NCBI GenBank assembly: GCA_030390025.1
Contig: JASTWF010000369.1
Span: 124,001-188,000 of the forward strand
Source of the DNA: Squalus acanthias
Taxonomy: Eukaryota
Direction: 5' to 3'
DNA: 64,000 nucleotides
Position 1 is the stretch's first letter, and each line of letters begins with the position of its first letter. The notes beneath the pieces are model-generated. The model had not been told where the DNA came from and did not search any database. It saw only the letters and a list, made by a program, of their open reading frames with translations. A program made the translations under genes and the position numbers. Below are positions 25,410-38,429 of this stretch, one piece after another.

Positions 25410-26090
25410 CATGCTAAAGAGCGTGCACCAAGGTATTCAGACACTGCCCTGCTCTTGGTGGAACAGGTGGAAATAAGGAGAGCTATCCTGTATCCACAGT
25501 GGGGCAGGAGGTTCTCCAGACAGATGCTCAGGAGGCAGTGGGAAGAAGAAGCGGCTGGGTCGAATATCAGGAGCGTTGCTCCAAGAAAATGGATGCGGTG
25601 CAGGAAGCAGTTTAACGATCTCACACGAGTTTTCTAGGTCAGTGAGTTCTTCTTCATGTGACACATCCTATGATCTGCAACTCTAGACTCATCCACTGCT
25701 CAATTCACTAAACCCCATCACCCACCTACCAACAATCTCTATCAATACCTACTCAACCCTTCAATTCATATGCTTTACCCCACCCTCATGCACTGAGCAC
25801 TCTTGCAATCATCGCACCTGCAACTCACAGCTCGCACACACTGGTAGCTATTCAACGATGACAGCCAGATCAATCAAATATATTGCACGACACTCATTGA
25901 CACAATTACCCCTTTCTTACATGAGGAGGTGGCGGATGACAGCAGGCTGCAGAAAAGAGCTGGAGGAGGACAAGTGTGCCTGCGTGTTTTAACCCCCATG
26001 GAGGAGACAGTGCTGGCCATCATGGGAATGGGCATCGCTGAAGCCGTTGCCGCTGGCGAGGCTGAAGCAATTGATGTTGAGGGTAACAGG
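25410..26090 (+). pseudogene. Myb/SANT-like (NAIF1-like) DNA-binding gene of Harbinger 1, first two exons
   Basis: ERAPRYSDTALLLLVEQVE..W..RCRKQFNDL, a GT donor near 25638, then AGGG..LTPMEETVLAIMG. Confidence 0.75.
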
Positions 26091-27463
26091 ATATTTAATC
26101 GTCCTTCTCTCATCCCGTTTCTCCCTCATCCCTCAATATCTCGTGGCTCGGCAGATGCAGAGTGTGAAAGAATGCACTTGTTATTTTCACCCCTCTTATC
26201 AGCACAACACTACGCTTGTCCCTTTTTCATTTAAGATGCCGAAGAACTGGATCCTGTCCAGTCAGTGGAGGGTGAGGAAGAAGAAAATGAAGATGAACAG
26301 GCCCAGTCGAACCATCGTACAGTCGCAGCCAGCAGCTCAGATACCGGCTCTGCACATATTTTAGAGGCTGGGGTAGAGGAGGAGTCTCCACGTGGTGAGA
26401 CGCCGGAAGCAAGTGTCTATAACTTAGGGTGGGGTGCAATAATAGCGCAAACGCCAACTCACTGGATGGTGAAGTCACACTTTAGTTCTGAGGCAGAGGA
26501 CTTAGATGAGGTCCTCGATGGGACAGGCTGCAGTATAATGCTGATTTGTGTGTACACCCAAAGAATTGTTGCACCGGAAAGCTTGCCAGAAAGACTGCCC
26601 TTAATGTCAATGAGCATGGAGGAGTCCAGCACCAATTTGGCACAGGGCTTTGCGCTGAGCTCGGAGTCCATCCTTTCCAACATAACAGCGGGCAACAGAA
26701 CGGGTGGTCACCTCCATCAGCACACCTGTGGAAGCCACCATGATGCAGCGTCTGATGGCCGATGTCACAGCTTCTATTGCAGCAGAAGCAGCTTCCACTA
26801 AAGGTCTGGGTTGTGTAGAGGAAGCTCAGAATGGTGCCCTCATGGGTCTGAATACCATCGATGAAAGGGGCTTCCAGATCCTCACAGCAGTCGATCAATT
26901 TGTCATCCAACAGATTACTAGGATTGCTGAGGCGCCGCCCCGGGTGTGTGGCAGTGTCTCCAAATTGCATGAATATTCCTTCCTCTCTCAGTATGACAGC
27001 ATTCCTGCCCTCACCCCGCCACTCCGCCACTATTGCCTGTCAGCCAGTCAGCCCAGACTGCTGCTGCACAGGCCGAGATTTTGCAGACCGAAGCCAGGCC
27101 ATCTAGGCCCAGAACTGCTCTAGATTTCCCTCCAAGGCCATCTGCAGTCTTCTCAGTTAAAGGTCAGCAGTTTTCCACCACCCATGCTGCAGCCACTGGG
27201 GAAGCATTTCTTTGGAGCACCAGGAGAGGAAAAAGCAAAAGGAACAACAGGCACTAAGGGAATGTACGAGAATTATTGTTTTACTTTTGTATGATTATGA
27301 AATGGTTAATTCTTCATTTTGGATTTGATTTGAAATGTGTATTGTCTGGCTGTTTTTATTTTTGTGTTATCGGAAGGTTTATCATGTGATGGTCAGTGAT
27401 AGAGGAAAGGAAAGGAGCGTGGGACTGTTAGTGAATGGGGAGGTGTTGGTGAGTTTACAAGTA

Positions 27464-28210
27464 TCACTCATTAATTACTTCCTCACATAGAGCCCGGGCA
27501 GAGAGGGGCTTTCTATTTTGTAACCTCCCTTCCTCTTTCTCTTCCTTCAGTTCCTGTTGCACTTCCTCCTCCTCCGCTTCTTCCTCCTCCTCCAAATACG
27601 CCTCCTCCACTTCCTCCTCCACTCCCTCATCCACTTCCTCCTCCTCCACTTTTGCCTCCACTTCCTCTTCCTCAACTACCTCATCCACCTCATTCTCCTC
27701 CTCGTGTTGAGGCTCTTCAGCTTCTCGCCTGATACGCAGTGGCACGGCTGTTCCCTCATAATGGCCAGTTTGTGCAGCATGCAGCACAAACTCAAATCTT
27801 GATACCCACTCAGCTGACGGGCATTCACTTCCATGAAGCGAGGCTTATGGTCGCACAACAGCTGCACATTAAGGGAGTGGAATCCCTTTCGTTTCCTGAA
27901 AATAGCCGAGTTGACATGTGGCGCACTCAAGGCGTTATGTGTGCATTCAATGGCACCCTGCAACAGGGGGAAGCCTGCAATCAGACAAAACCCTGGTGCT
28001 GTATCTGCCTGCTTGTCTGTGGCAAGAAGGAATGAGATGAGGCGGTCTCTATTTGTATGGAGAACCTCACTGACCTCCCTTATGCAGCAGTGTACTGCAA
28101 ACTGCGCGAGATTGTTTATATCAACAGCAGCAGTCCGGAAGGTGCAAGTTGCATAAAAAATTAAGAATCATTGTCACCTTGACAGCCACAGGCAATGCAA
28201 TTGTTGACCT
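27464..28210 (-). pseudogene. HARBI1-type transposase remnant of Harbinger 1 with Glu-rich tail
   Basis: ALPVAVKVT..LNF, GAIECTH, RKGFHSLNVQLLCD, CCMLH motifs. Internal deletions. Confidence 0.8.
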
Positions 28211-28599
28211 GCACACCGCTTTACCAAGATGGCGCCCGACGCATTTCCTGCCGGAACTGTGCGCGCGTATCTCGGACGCCATTTTAGAGAGTTTGGAGGC
28301 CGCATAACACATAAAATGCGGCGCTGCAGAGCAGAATGTCTCCCATATTGTAGGCAATTTAAGAGAGCGCAGAAATATTGGCCAATCTAAAGTCTGCAGT
28401 TGAATGGTTTTCCTGGTGGACAACAGCAAGAAAATCCCGAATCTGTGTTTCTAAATGGTAGTTGTTAATGAAGTCGAGTGTGTTATTGAATGCACAAATT
28501 TTGCCCCGATGTTCCTGGCCGCGATATTAGATTTTGCACAAAGTGTGAAGTTACCGATCCTTTATCTTGTCTGTAAGTTTCTGAATAGAATAATTCGGG

Positions 28600-29885
28600 T
28601 TCTGTGGAACTTACGCAACAATTACCTGCTCACCGACGTGCTGTTGGGTTTCCGCCAGGACCACTCGACTCCAGATCTCATTACAGCCTTCTTGTAAATA
28701 TGGACAAAAAGCTGAATTAAAGAGGTGACGTGAGAGTGACTGTCATTGACATCAAGGCAACACTTAACCGAGTGTAGCACCAAGGAGCCCGAGTAAAATG
28801 TGAAAGCAATGGGAATTAGGGAAAAAATATTCACTGTCTGGAGTCACACCTGGAACAAAGAACGATCTTTGTGGTTGTTGGAGACCAATCATCTCAACCC
28901 AAGGACATCACTGCAGCAGTGTCCTAGCTCCAAACTTCTTCATCAATGACCTTCCCTCCGTCATAAGGTCAGACATAGGGATGTTCGCTGCTGATTAAAC
29001 AGTGTACAATTCCATTGCAATTCCTCAGATAATGATGCAGTCCGTGCCTGCTTGTAACAAGACCTGGACAGCATCCAGACTCCGGCTGAGAAGTGGCAAG
29101 TAGCTTACACGCTGTACCATGCCAGGCAATGGCCATAACCAACAAGAAAGAGTGTAACCACCCCATTGACATACAATGGCATTCCTATCGTCGAATCCCC
29201 CACCATCAACATCCTGAGTTTTATCACTGACCAGAAACTTAACTGCACCAGCCTCATAAATAATGTGGCTATCAGAGCAGGTCAGAGGGTGGGTATTCTG
29301 TGGCATGTGACTCACCTAGTGATTTGCTAGAGATTTTCCACCATCTAATAGGCACAACTCAGGAGTGTGATGGAATACTCTCCACTTGCCTGGTTGACTG
29401 CAGCTCAAACAATACTCAAGAATCTCGACACCATCCAGAAAAAAAACAGTTTGCTTGATAGGTACACCATTCACCACCTTAAAGATTCACTGCCTCCACC
29501 AGTGGTGCAAAGTGGCTGCAGTGTATACAATCTACAGGATACTCTGCAGCTACTCGCAAAAGCTTCTTCAGCAGTACCTCCCAAACCCATGACCTCTACC
29601 ACATAGAAGGAAAATGGCAACAGGCAAAAGGGAACACTGCCTCATCCAAGATCCTCTTCAAATCACACAGCATCCTAACTTTGAAATATATCGCCGTTCC
29701 TTGATCGTCGCTGGTTCAACATCCTGGAACTCCCCACGTCATAGTACTGTGGGAGTACCTTCACCACATGGATTGCAGTCGTCCAAGATGATGGCTCACC
29801 ACTACGATCTCAAGGGTAAATAAGATAGGCAATAAATTCTGGCCTTGCCAGCGGCACCCAAATTCCCTAATTGAATAAATAAAAA
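28600..29885 (+). mobile_element. Non-LTR retrotransposon 3' portion (decayed)
   Basis: GFRQDHST, MEYSPLAW..LDTIQ motifs and a 3' end with AATAAA repeats. Same family as 4500-5285. Confidence 0.78.
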
Positions 29886-30649
29886 TGTCACAATTATGTG
29901 CTCGTTCATATTCAATAATTAAGCATTTTAAAATTGAATACTACTCAGCAATTCTTTCAGCAGGCTTTGGATCATCACAGCTATAGATGTCATGGGAACG
30001 CCTTAGAGATACAGCCAACTGAATTCATTCTTATTCACGAGTCCCATCTATGGATAATTAATCATCATAACGCTTAAAAATTGCCTATTATATCATAGAA
30101 TCTTGAAAGATGACCATCTGAATCAGCACCAACATACACTAAATTATCAGTTAGAAGCGGGAAGCCCTGATCATGTCTCCCTACCTAATCCAGTGGTGAT
30201 ATGTTAATTTAAAATGTCGCTTTCGCAGACATATCAACTCTGTAAGAAAAGCTTATGAAATGTGATTCTAGTCACCATGTAATAAGAGCTCAACACCTTA
30301 TTTAAAATAAATGTGGCCCTCACACACTTACTGTCTCTTAAAACAACAATTCAAGAAGTTGCATAGATATCTTGTTGATCAGGAAGAACCTACAGATATT
30401 TCTAAAGAAGACAAATCCCAAGTAGAGAGACACCCGCCGAACGTCAGGAAATATCACTGCTCAAAATCAACGCGTGGAAAATAGTGGGTGGGGATATTTG
30501 CCAAATGTTTCTGGAACCGTGTCTGGAAACAGGTCCGCACTTCAGCAAACATAAGACGGAGTATGACAGGACTTTCTCAGTTTATCGAGAAACACAGCAT
30601 CACAATGAACCCAGCACAAGTAAAATTCCTGTAAGACACAAATGGTCAT

Positions 30650-30785
30650 CAGTTGGCCCAATAAGCTCAGACCATCAGACTCCCAAAATCTGGCTCTTCT
30701 TCGAAATGGCACCATGGGATATTTCACGTCCATCTGAGAGGCATAAAGGGGCCTCGGTTTAATGTCTTCATGCTAACAGCTTCAG
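30650..30785 (-). mobile_element. DeuSINE (AmnSINE/SacSINE-type Deu domain) fragment
   Basis: Minus strand TTAAACCGAGGCCCC..CTCTCAGATGGACGTGAAATATCCCATGG..TTCGAAGAAGAG resembles the Deu core as I recall it. Confidence 0.65.
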
Positions 30786-32319
30786 CATGGTTCAACGACA
30801 CTTCTACCGCTCTCATTAGATGTCATACTTCCGCCATTCTCATCGATATGTTTAATGATTTAATAAATCTGCAGATGTCTCCCTTTAACATTGATCAAAC
30901 ATTTATTGTCTCACGGACCATAACCTCAGAATCTACCCTATCTTCTCTCCACTGGTGGAGCTGTCACACTTTAGGGCCAGAAGCCGCTTTCTTTGCATAA
31001 AATCGTTTGCATTTATGATATCAGATGAGCCTAGAATTGTCGTTTTGTGATCTTCTGAGTTGCCCAGTTTGATCTTATTGGGTTTCAGCTGATCAGCTGG
31101 TTTTGGTGAAATACCTGTCTGTCGATTCATACAGGCCTGCTGACTTTTCAACCCTTCTTTGGCTCCCAGGCATTGATTAAGTGATCACTTGATCAGCTCC
31201 CTTAAGCATATGACTCAGGAGTTGATATTATCTGCTTCTGGTTTGGCTCAACCATTACTTGTTCGAACTTGCGTGTACCCAGGATTAATAATTACACACC
31301 GATTTTGGGAACGAACACTAGAGATCACGTGGGACGCCCAACAAATTCATCTGATTATATCTGATTATATGAAAAGCGAAAAGTTACAGTCGCCGGATGA
31401 ATTCACAGGCTAAATCTAACGATCAGTGTTCAATCAAAGGCTGCACAATACATCGAATGGGTAACTCACCACAGGATGACGTGTAATGTATTTTAATATC
31501 AACAGTTATTGACTCAGAAGGTGGCAAACGCCACTCCCGCATGAGAATTTATTATATACTTTTATAAGGCACAGCGATTTTTGAATGAAACAAATCTTAC
31601 CTAGATTTTCCCCAGGCTGGATAATGAAAATATCTAGTCAACCCACAGGGTTCAGATCTCAAGTCAGATTTAAAGGCAAGTCAACACTTAGAATATGGCA
31701 CTGGTAATATATCCGGCTACAGACAGTACCTTGAAATCAAAAAATCGGAGTTGGACAAAACTTATAGCTTGTGAGGCAATGTTGTAATGTCTATATATAC
31801 AGGCACTTTTAACTAAAATTTGCCATATTTGTACCACAATCAGATAGATTAAATCATTTACCTCTATCAGTTGTCAATCCATATGCACTGGCCTTACAAA
31901 CTGGCTGTCCTCTTCACTAATCATCTATATTTTCTTCTGAGTTTGCTTCCAAACAAAGGCACGGAGAAAAGCAAATATACCCTCTGCAGATTCGATGTTT
32001 CCTGTTGCACAGCCTGACGGGTCGGCATAGTTAATGTCACAAGTGCCATGGGAGCAATGGAATTCCTGTAATGGTACAGCTTCGTCAATCTAATTTGAAA
32101 TCAAATTTGCCATTCTTATTTAAAATTAAGCACCATAATACCAATATAAATCTTACTTTGTTTCAGAATCACAGCAAAAAGTCCCGTCAAACTGTCCCAA
32201 CATGATCAGTTTGTAAGGGTACGATAATATCAATTCGAAGATCGAATTTGAGATCATTTCCCGTCCCATTGTTAAGGGTAGCAAATCTGATGCGCAAGAC
32301 GAGGCAGAGAGCAGTGATA

Positions 32320-35275
32320 GAAACAGAGAAACATCGAAGATAGGAGCAGGAGTAGGCCATTCGGCCCCTCTAGCCTGTTCTGCCATTTAATGAGATCATG
32401 GCTGATCATTCAAATTCAGTACCCTGTCCCTGCTTTCTCCCCATATCCCTTGATCCATTTAGCCTTAAGAAATATATGTAACTCCTTCTTGAATATATTT
32501 AATGAATTGGCCTCAACTGCCTTCTGTGGAAGAGAACTTCACAGGTTCACCACTCTCTGGGTGAAGAAATTCCTCCTCATCTCAGTCCTAAATGGCTTAC
32601 TCTTTATCCTTACACTGTTACACGGTTCTGGACTCCAACGCCATCGGGAACACCCTTCCTGTATTTAGTCTGTCTAGTCCTGTTAGAATTGTATAAGTTT
32701 CAATGAGATCCACTCTCATTCTTCTAAACTCCAGCGAATACAAGCCCAAACGACCCAATCTCAATTCAGACGTCATTCCTGCCATCCCAATATTCAGTCT
32801 GGTGAATCTTCGCTGCACTCCCTCCATGGCAAGAACATCCTTCCTCAGATAAGGTGACCAAAACTGGACACAATACACAAGGTGTGGTCTCACCAAGACC
32901 CGGTACAACTGCAGCAAAACATCCTTGATCCTGTACTCGAATCCTCTCGCTATGAAGGCCAACATACCATTTGCCTTCTTAACCGCCTGCTGTACCTGCA
33001 TGCTTAACTTCAGCGACTGGTGCACAAGGACAAGCAGGTCTCGTTGCACTTCCACTTTTCCCAATCTATTGCCGTTCAGGTAATAATCGGCCTTCCTGTT
33101 TTTGCCAACAAATTGGTTAACCTCGCATTTATTCACATTATACTGCATCTGCAATGCATCTGGACAATCACCTAACCTGTGCAAATCATACTGGAGTTTC
33201 TCTGCATCCTCCTCACAGCACACACGCCCACCCAGCTTTGTGTCGTCTGCAAACTTGGAGATATTACATCTGGTTGCCTGTTCTAGATCATTAATATATA
33301 TTGTGAATAGCTGGGGACCTAGCACCGATCCCTGCGTTACCCCACTAATCACTGCCTGCCACTCGGAAAAAGACTCGTTTATTCCAATTCTTTGCTTCCT
33401 GTCTGCCAACCAGTTCTCTATCCAAGTCAGTACCATACCCCCAATCCCATGTGCTTTAACTTTGCACGCTAATCTCTAATGCGGGACCTTATCGAAAGCC
33501 TTCTGAAAGTCCAAATGCTCCACATCCACTCGTTCATCCTTATCTATTCTACCAGTTACATCCTCAAAAAAGTCCAGTAGATTAGTCAAGCATGATTTAC
33601 CCTTTTGTAAATCCATGTTGAATTTGTCCAATCCTGTCACTGTTTTCTAAGTGCTCTGCTATGACATCTTTTAAAATGGACTCTAGCATTTTCCCCAATA
33701 CTGATGTCAGGTTTACCGGTCCATAATTCCTCGTTTTCTCTCTACCACTTTTTTTAATTAGTGGGGTTGCATTAGCTACGCTACAATCCATGGGAACTGT
33801 TCCACAGTCTATAACATTTTGGAAGATGACCAGCAATGCATCTACAGTTTCTAGGGCCTCTTCCTTAACTACCCTAGGATGTAGATTATCATGCCCTGGT
33901 GATGTATCGGCCTTCAATCCCGTCAATTTCCCTAACACCGTTTCCCTACAAATACTGATTTAATCAGTTCCCCCCTCTCTTTAGATCCGATGTTCCCCGA
34001 CATCTCTGGGAGGTTATTTGTGTCCTAATTTGTGAAGACAGAACCAAAGTATGTATTTAATTGTTCTGTCTATTCTTTGTTCCCCATTATAAATTCCCCT
34101 ATTTCTGACTGCAAGGGACCTACGCTTGACTTCACCAATCTTTTTCTCTTCACATATCTATAGAAGCTTTTACAGTCAGTTTTTATGTTCCCTGGAAGCT
34201 TACTCTCATACTCTTTTTTCCCCGTTTTAGTTAATCCCTTTGTCCTCCTTTAATGAATCCTAAACAGCTCCCAATGCTCGGGTTTGCTGTTTTTTTATCC
34301 AATTTATATGTACCCTCCTTGGATCTTATGCTATCCCTAATTTCCCTTGTTATCCACGTTTGAGTCACCTTTTTTGTTTTATTTTTATGCCAGACAGGGA
34401 TGAACAAATTCTATAGTTCATCCATGCGATCTTTAAATGTTTGCCATTGCCTATCCACCGGCAACCCTTTAAGTAACGTTCCCCAATCCATCCTAGCCAA
34501 CTCGCGCCTCATACCATCGTAGTTTCCTTTATTTAAATTCAGGACCCTAGTCTCTGAGTCAACTACTTCACACTCCATCTTCATGAAGAATTCTATCATA
34601 TTATGATCGCTCCTCCCCAAGGGGCCTCGCACAACTAGATTGCTAATTAATCCTTTCTCATTACATAATACCCAGTCTAAGATGGCCCGATCTCTAGTTG
34701 GTTCCTCGTCATATTGGTCCAGGAAACCACCCCGTATACACTCTAGGAATTCCTCCTCCACAGTTTTGTTACTAATTTGGTTAGCCCAACCTATATGTAG
34801 ATTGAAGTCACCCATGATAACTGTTGTGCCCTTGTTGCACGAGTCTCAAATTTCCCGTTTAATGCAATCCCCAAGCTGATCATTACTGTTTGGTGGTCTG
34901 TAGAGAACTCCCACTAACGTTTTCTGCCCCTTGGTATTTCTCAGCTCTTCCCACACAGATTATACATCATCAGAACTAATATCCTTCCTTACTAGTGTGT
35001 AAATCTCCTCTTTAACCACCAATGCTACCCCACCTCCTGTTCATTTTTGCCTGTCTTTCCTGAATATTGAATGCCCCTGGATGTTGAATTCCCAACATTG
35101 GTCACCCTGGAGCCATGTCTACTTAATCCCAATTATATCATATCCGTTTACATCTATTTGCGCAGCTAATTCATCCACCTTTTTTACGAATGCTCCTTGT
35201 ATTAAGACACAAATCCGTCAGGCTTGTTTATTAATAGACTTAGACCTTTTAGAATTATTATTTACTGTGGCCATG
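32320..35275 (-). mobile_element. CR1 LINE (ORF2, disrupted)
   Basis: RT ORF 32618-33436, endonuclease 34411-34815 (GDFNLH, SDHN), tail at about 32320. Confidence 0.92.
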
Positions 35276-35279
35276 TTTG

Positions 35280-36340
35280 AATCAAAAACAAAATTTCTAA
35301 ATCTGCGGAGGATACCAAATTGGGGGCAGAGGTTAATCAGAACTGAGGGAACTGCAACAACTTACGAGTAGACAGTAATGAACTTGTAGAATTGGCATAC
35401 AACTGGCAAATTAATTTTAACTTAGCTAAGTGTGAGGTATCACGTTTTGGTGAGAAGATTTAGGAGGTTACTTGGAAAATAAAAATGTTTAAAGAGGAAG
35501 AGAAGTAAAGGGATCAGGGAGAACAAATTCACAAATCGCTTAGATTTGCGACGCAGGTCAATAACGCCATAAGAAATCAAACCAAACACTCGGGTTTATT
35601 TCCAGAAGGATATAATTGAAAAGTGGAGAAAGTTTGCTAAACTAAAGGCCGTCATCATAAGATAGTCACCAAGAAATCAAAAAAGGAATTCAGAGAAAAA
35701 TTCGCTCTCACAGGGACTAGTGAGGTGAATAGTATAGATGCATTTCAGGGACAACTAGAAAAGCATATGAGGCAGAAGGGTATAGAGGTTAATGCCGATA
35801 GACGTACATAAGGAAGGATGAGAGGACGCTTGGGCAACACGGTGGCATAGTGGTTAGCACTGGTGCCTCACAGCGCCAGGGACCTGGGTTCGAATCTGAC
35901 CTTGGGTGACTGTCTGTGTGGAGTTTGCACATTCTCCCCGTATCTGCGTGGGTTTCCTCCGGGTGCTCCGGTTTCCTCCCACAGTCCAAAAATGTGCGGG
36001 TTAGGTTGATTTGGCTATGATAAAAAATTGACCCTTAGTGTTAGGGGGGGATTAAATATGTGGGGTTATGGGGATAGGATGGGATATGTTAGGGGGAATT
36101 AAATACGTGGGGTTACGGGGGTAGGGTGGGATGTGTGTACTGTGGGGATTAAAGCAGGGACAGGGTACTGGATTTGGATGATCAGCCATGATCGTATTGA
36201 ATGGTGGAGCAGGCTCGACGGGCCGAATGGCCTACTCCTGCTCCTAGATTCTATGTTTCTATGTTTCTATGTTGAGTGGAGCATTAATGCCGGCATGGAC
36301 TGGTCGGAACGAATATCTAATTCTGTGTTGTGTATTCTAT
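35280..36340 (+). mobile_element. Old CR1-type 3' fragment interrupted by a SINE
   Basis: Degraded KFADDTKLG and WQINFN..KCEV coding. Inverted homolog at 43730-44710. Confidence 0.65.
35832..36273 (+). mobile_element. V-SINE (HE1-like): tRNA head, V domain, CR1-derived tail
   Basis: A box GTGGCATAGTGG and B box GGTTCGAATC. V-domain TGTGGAGTTTGCACATTCTCCCCG..GGGTTTCCTCCGGGTGCTCCGGTTTCCTCCCAC. 3' end matches the local CR1 tail with (TTCTATGT)n. Confidence 0.88.
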
Positions 36341-38242
36341 GTAGTTCTATTTAAACCCAGATTTCAGATCTCCAGTCAGCATTAAAGACAAGGCGAAGCT
36401 TAGACTTGCTGTCACAGTGGAAATTAATCCAGCTGCAGAAATTACCTTGAAGTCAACAAAATAGATGGTCAACTGACCCCTATCTAGTGAGGCAATGTTA
36501 AATGGACTGGCTCCTGCCATTTAAAGTTGACTTAATTGATCCACAATTCGAAATATTAAACCCGCCAACTGCATTGGTTCCCAGTCCATGTGTATTCGCT
36601 TTACCACTCGGCTGTTCCCTTCACTGAACATCATTTCCATCTTAATGTATTTCCAAACAAAGAAACAAACAAAGCAAAGAAACCCCATCAGATTCGATGT
36701 TTCTTTTAGCTCAGACTGACAGATCTGCACAGTTAACGTCCTCAAAGAATCACAGAAAACAAACTTTCCCAACATGCACACTTTATGAGAGGTCGCTAAT
36801 ATCAATTCGGAGAGGGAAGCAGAGAAGTTTTTCCAAAATAATCGAAGGGAGCTGAGACGGATTGTAAAGGCTGAAATCGCTGCCCTGACTGGGATCAGCG
36901 ACCACAGTTCCAACTGGTAATGCAACTTTCGGGAACTAATTTTGGACAGGACTTTTGGAAAGTTAATGAAAATAGCATTCAAGTAGCACAAAGTGGACAA
37001 TCTGACTTTCATATACAAAACTGGCAGGTCCTCCCGCCACCCGCCCAACATCCCCTCCCATTCCCAACATCTGCTGCTGTAAGAATCGCAAACACTATGA
37101 GGAACAATCTGACTGTACGTCATCATTTTAATATAAATCACACGAAAATTCATCGTTGACCTAATGGTGAAACATCCAAAAAAGCTTACGGTCATTGGGG
37201 ACTGTTACGTATTTCTAAAATAACTCGGCTTCATGCAGGGCTACTTGTCATTGACACGAGGGGTGTAACCCGGTCCCGCTCCAAATTCCGGCTGCTCAGC
37301 CGACATGAAGTCTCCTTTTTGCCCTCCAACTCCTTACAATTTGAAGGCGATAAACTCTCATAGGCCTTCCAAACAGCTACTGAAATAGTTATCCGCATTT
37401 ATATTTCTCACACCCGGTACATATCAGTCCAGACCCTGTCTCCTTCCCCTCCTCCCAACACCTGCTGATGCTGAAATCCAACATCTCAGCATAACCGCGG
37501 GGATGCTCAGCTGTATACAACTGACTATATCACTGTCTGTGTGTATCTGTGAACGCGCTTCGATCTAACGCGCACCACGGAGCCTCCTTACATTGATGGC
37601 CCGTATTTTGCGTCCACCACGGGTGCGTACGAGATGCGCACGCGCCCGTAGGGGCCTCGCAAGTGACGGGCTTAGGCATGTGAAGCGCATGCACTGATAC
37701 TCGGCTCTCGCGATCTGTCAAAAATCATCTCGACCGATCCTCCGCATGCGCAGGAGAGGCAACACTACCGCCACAGACTTGCGAGAATGTGTCAACTATT
37801 GGATTGCAGCTCCGTACGAAACAGCTGCGACAGATAAAAGCAGGCGTACAGCCTGCATTCTATCTGAAGAAGCAGCAGGAAGAAGACCTGGAAAGCAGGG
37901 GGCTAGGGTACGGGACTGTTTTAGCGGTGAAAGTGAACAAAGTTCATGGTACAAAGCCTGATGTAAGTTTTTAACAACTTTAATTTGTTAAATATTTCAT
38001 TGGTTTTGGATCTTGTTTTGAGGAGTGCAGGTAATTTAAAGAGGAACTCTCCCTGTGGGCAAGGTAAGCATTCCATTCAATTAGACTTCAGTGTGCTAAA
38101 TTTGAGAATGACTGTTTAAAAATGTTTTAATTCACATTCATAATGTTTAACATAATTATGCCAGAATATATGCATTATTTAAATGTTAACTTTTTTATGC
38201 TCTTTTCAAATGTTATTTTTGACTTTGTGAAAATGTTAAAGT

Positions 38243-38346
38243 TCTTAGAAATTCATCTCGGGCGGTGATATTTATTAGGCGGGTATGACGGGTGCCCGAT
38301 CCGATACCGCTCGTTTCGCACCACAGCCCGACGTGAATTTCTACCC
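38243..38346. mobile_element. About 100-bp MITE
   Basis: TAGAAATTCATCTCGGGC (from 38246) is inverted-repeated as GCCCGACGTGAATTTCTA (to 38343), 16/18. Confidence 0.7.
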
Positions 38347-38429
38347 ACTCACTTTATTAAAATGACTCTTTCCATTCTCTCCCTAAATGTACTTCATCTG
38401 CTTAAATGGGAAGCCTGTGAGGGAGAAAC

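Larger units (their letters stand above)
25115..28507. mobile_element. PIF/Harbinger DNA transposon 1 (decayed, two convergent genes)
   Basis: Imperfect terminal inverted repeats GGGGGAGAAATT / AAATTTTGCCCC. Contains Myb/SANT and DDE transposase remnants. Confidence 0.75.

Noticed and set aside
35832..35905. tRNA gene
   Set aside because: The A and B boxes belong to the SINE head and continue into the V domain.
36521..37195. 224-aa minus-strand ORF as a gene
   Set aside because: No recognisable motif, and the frame is not kept in the paralogous module at 42780-43520.
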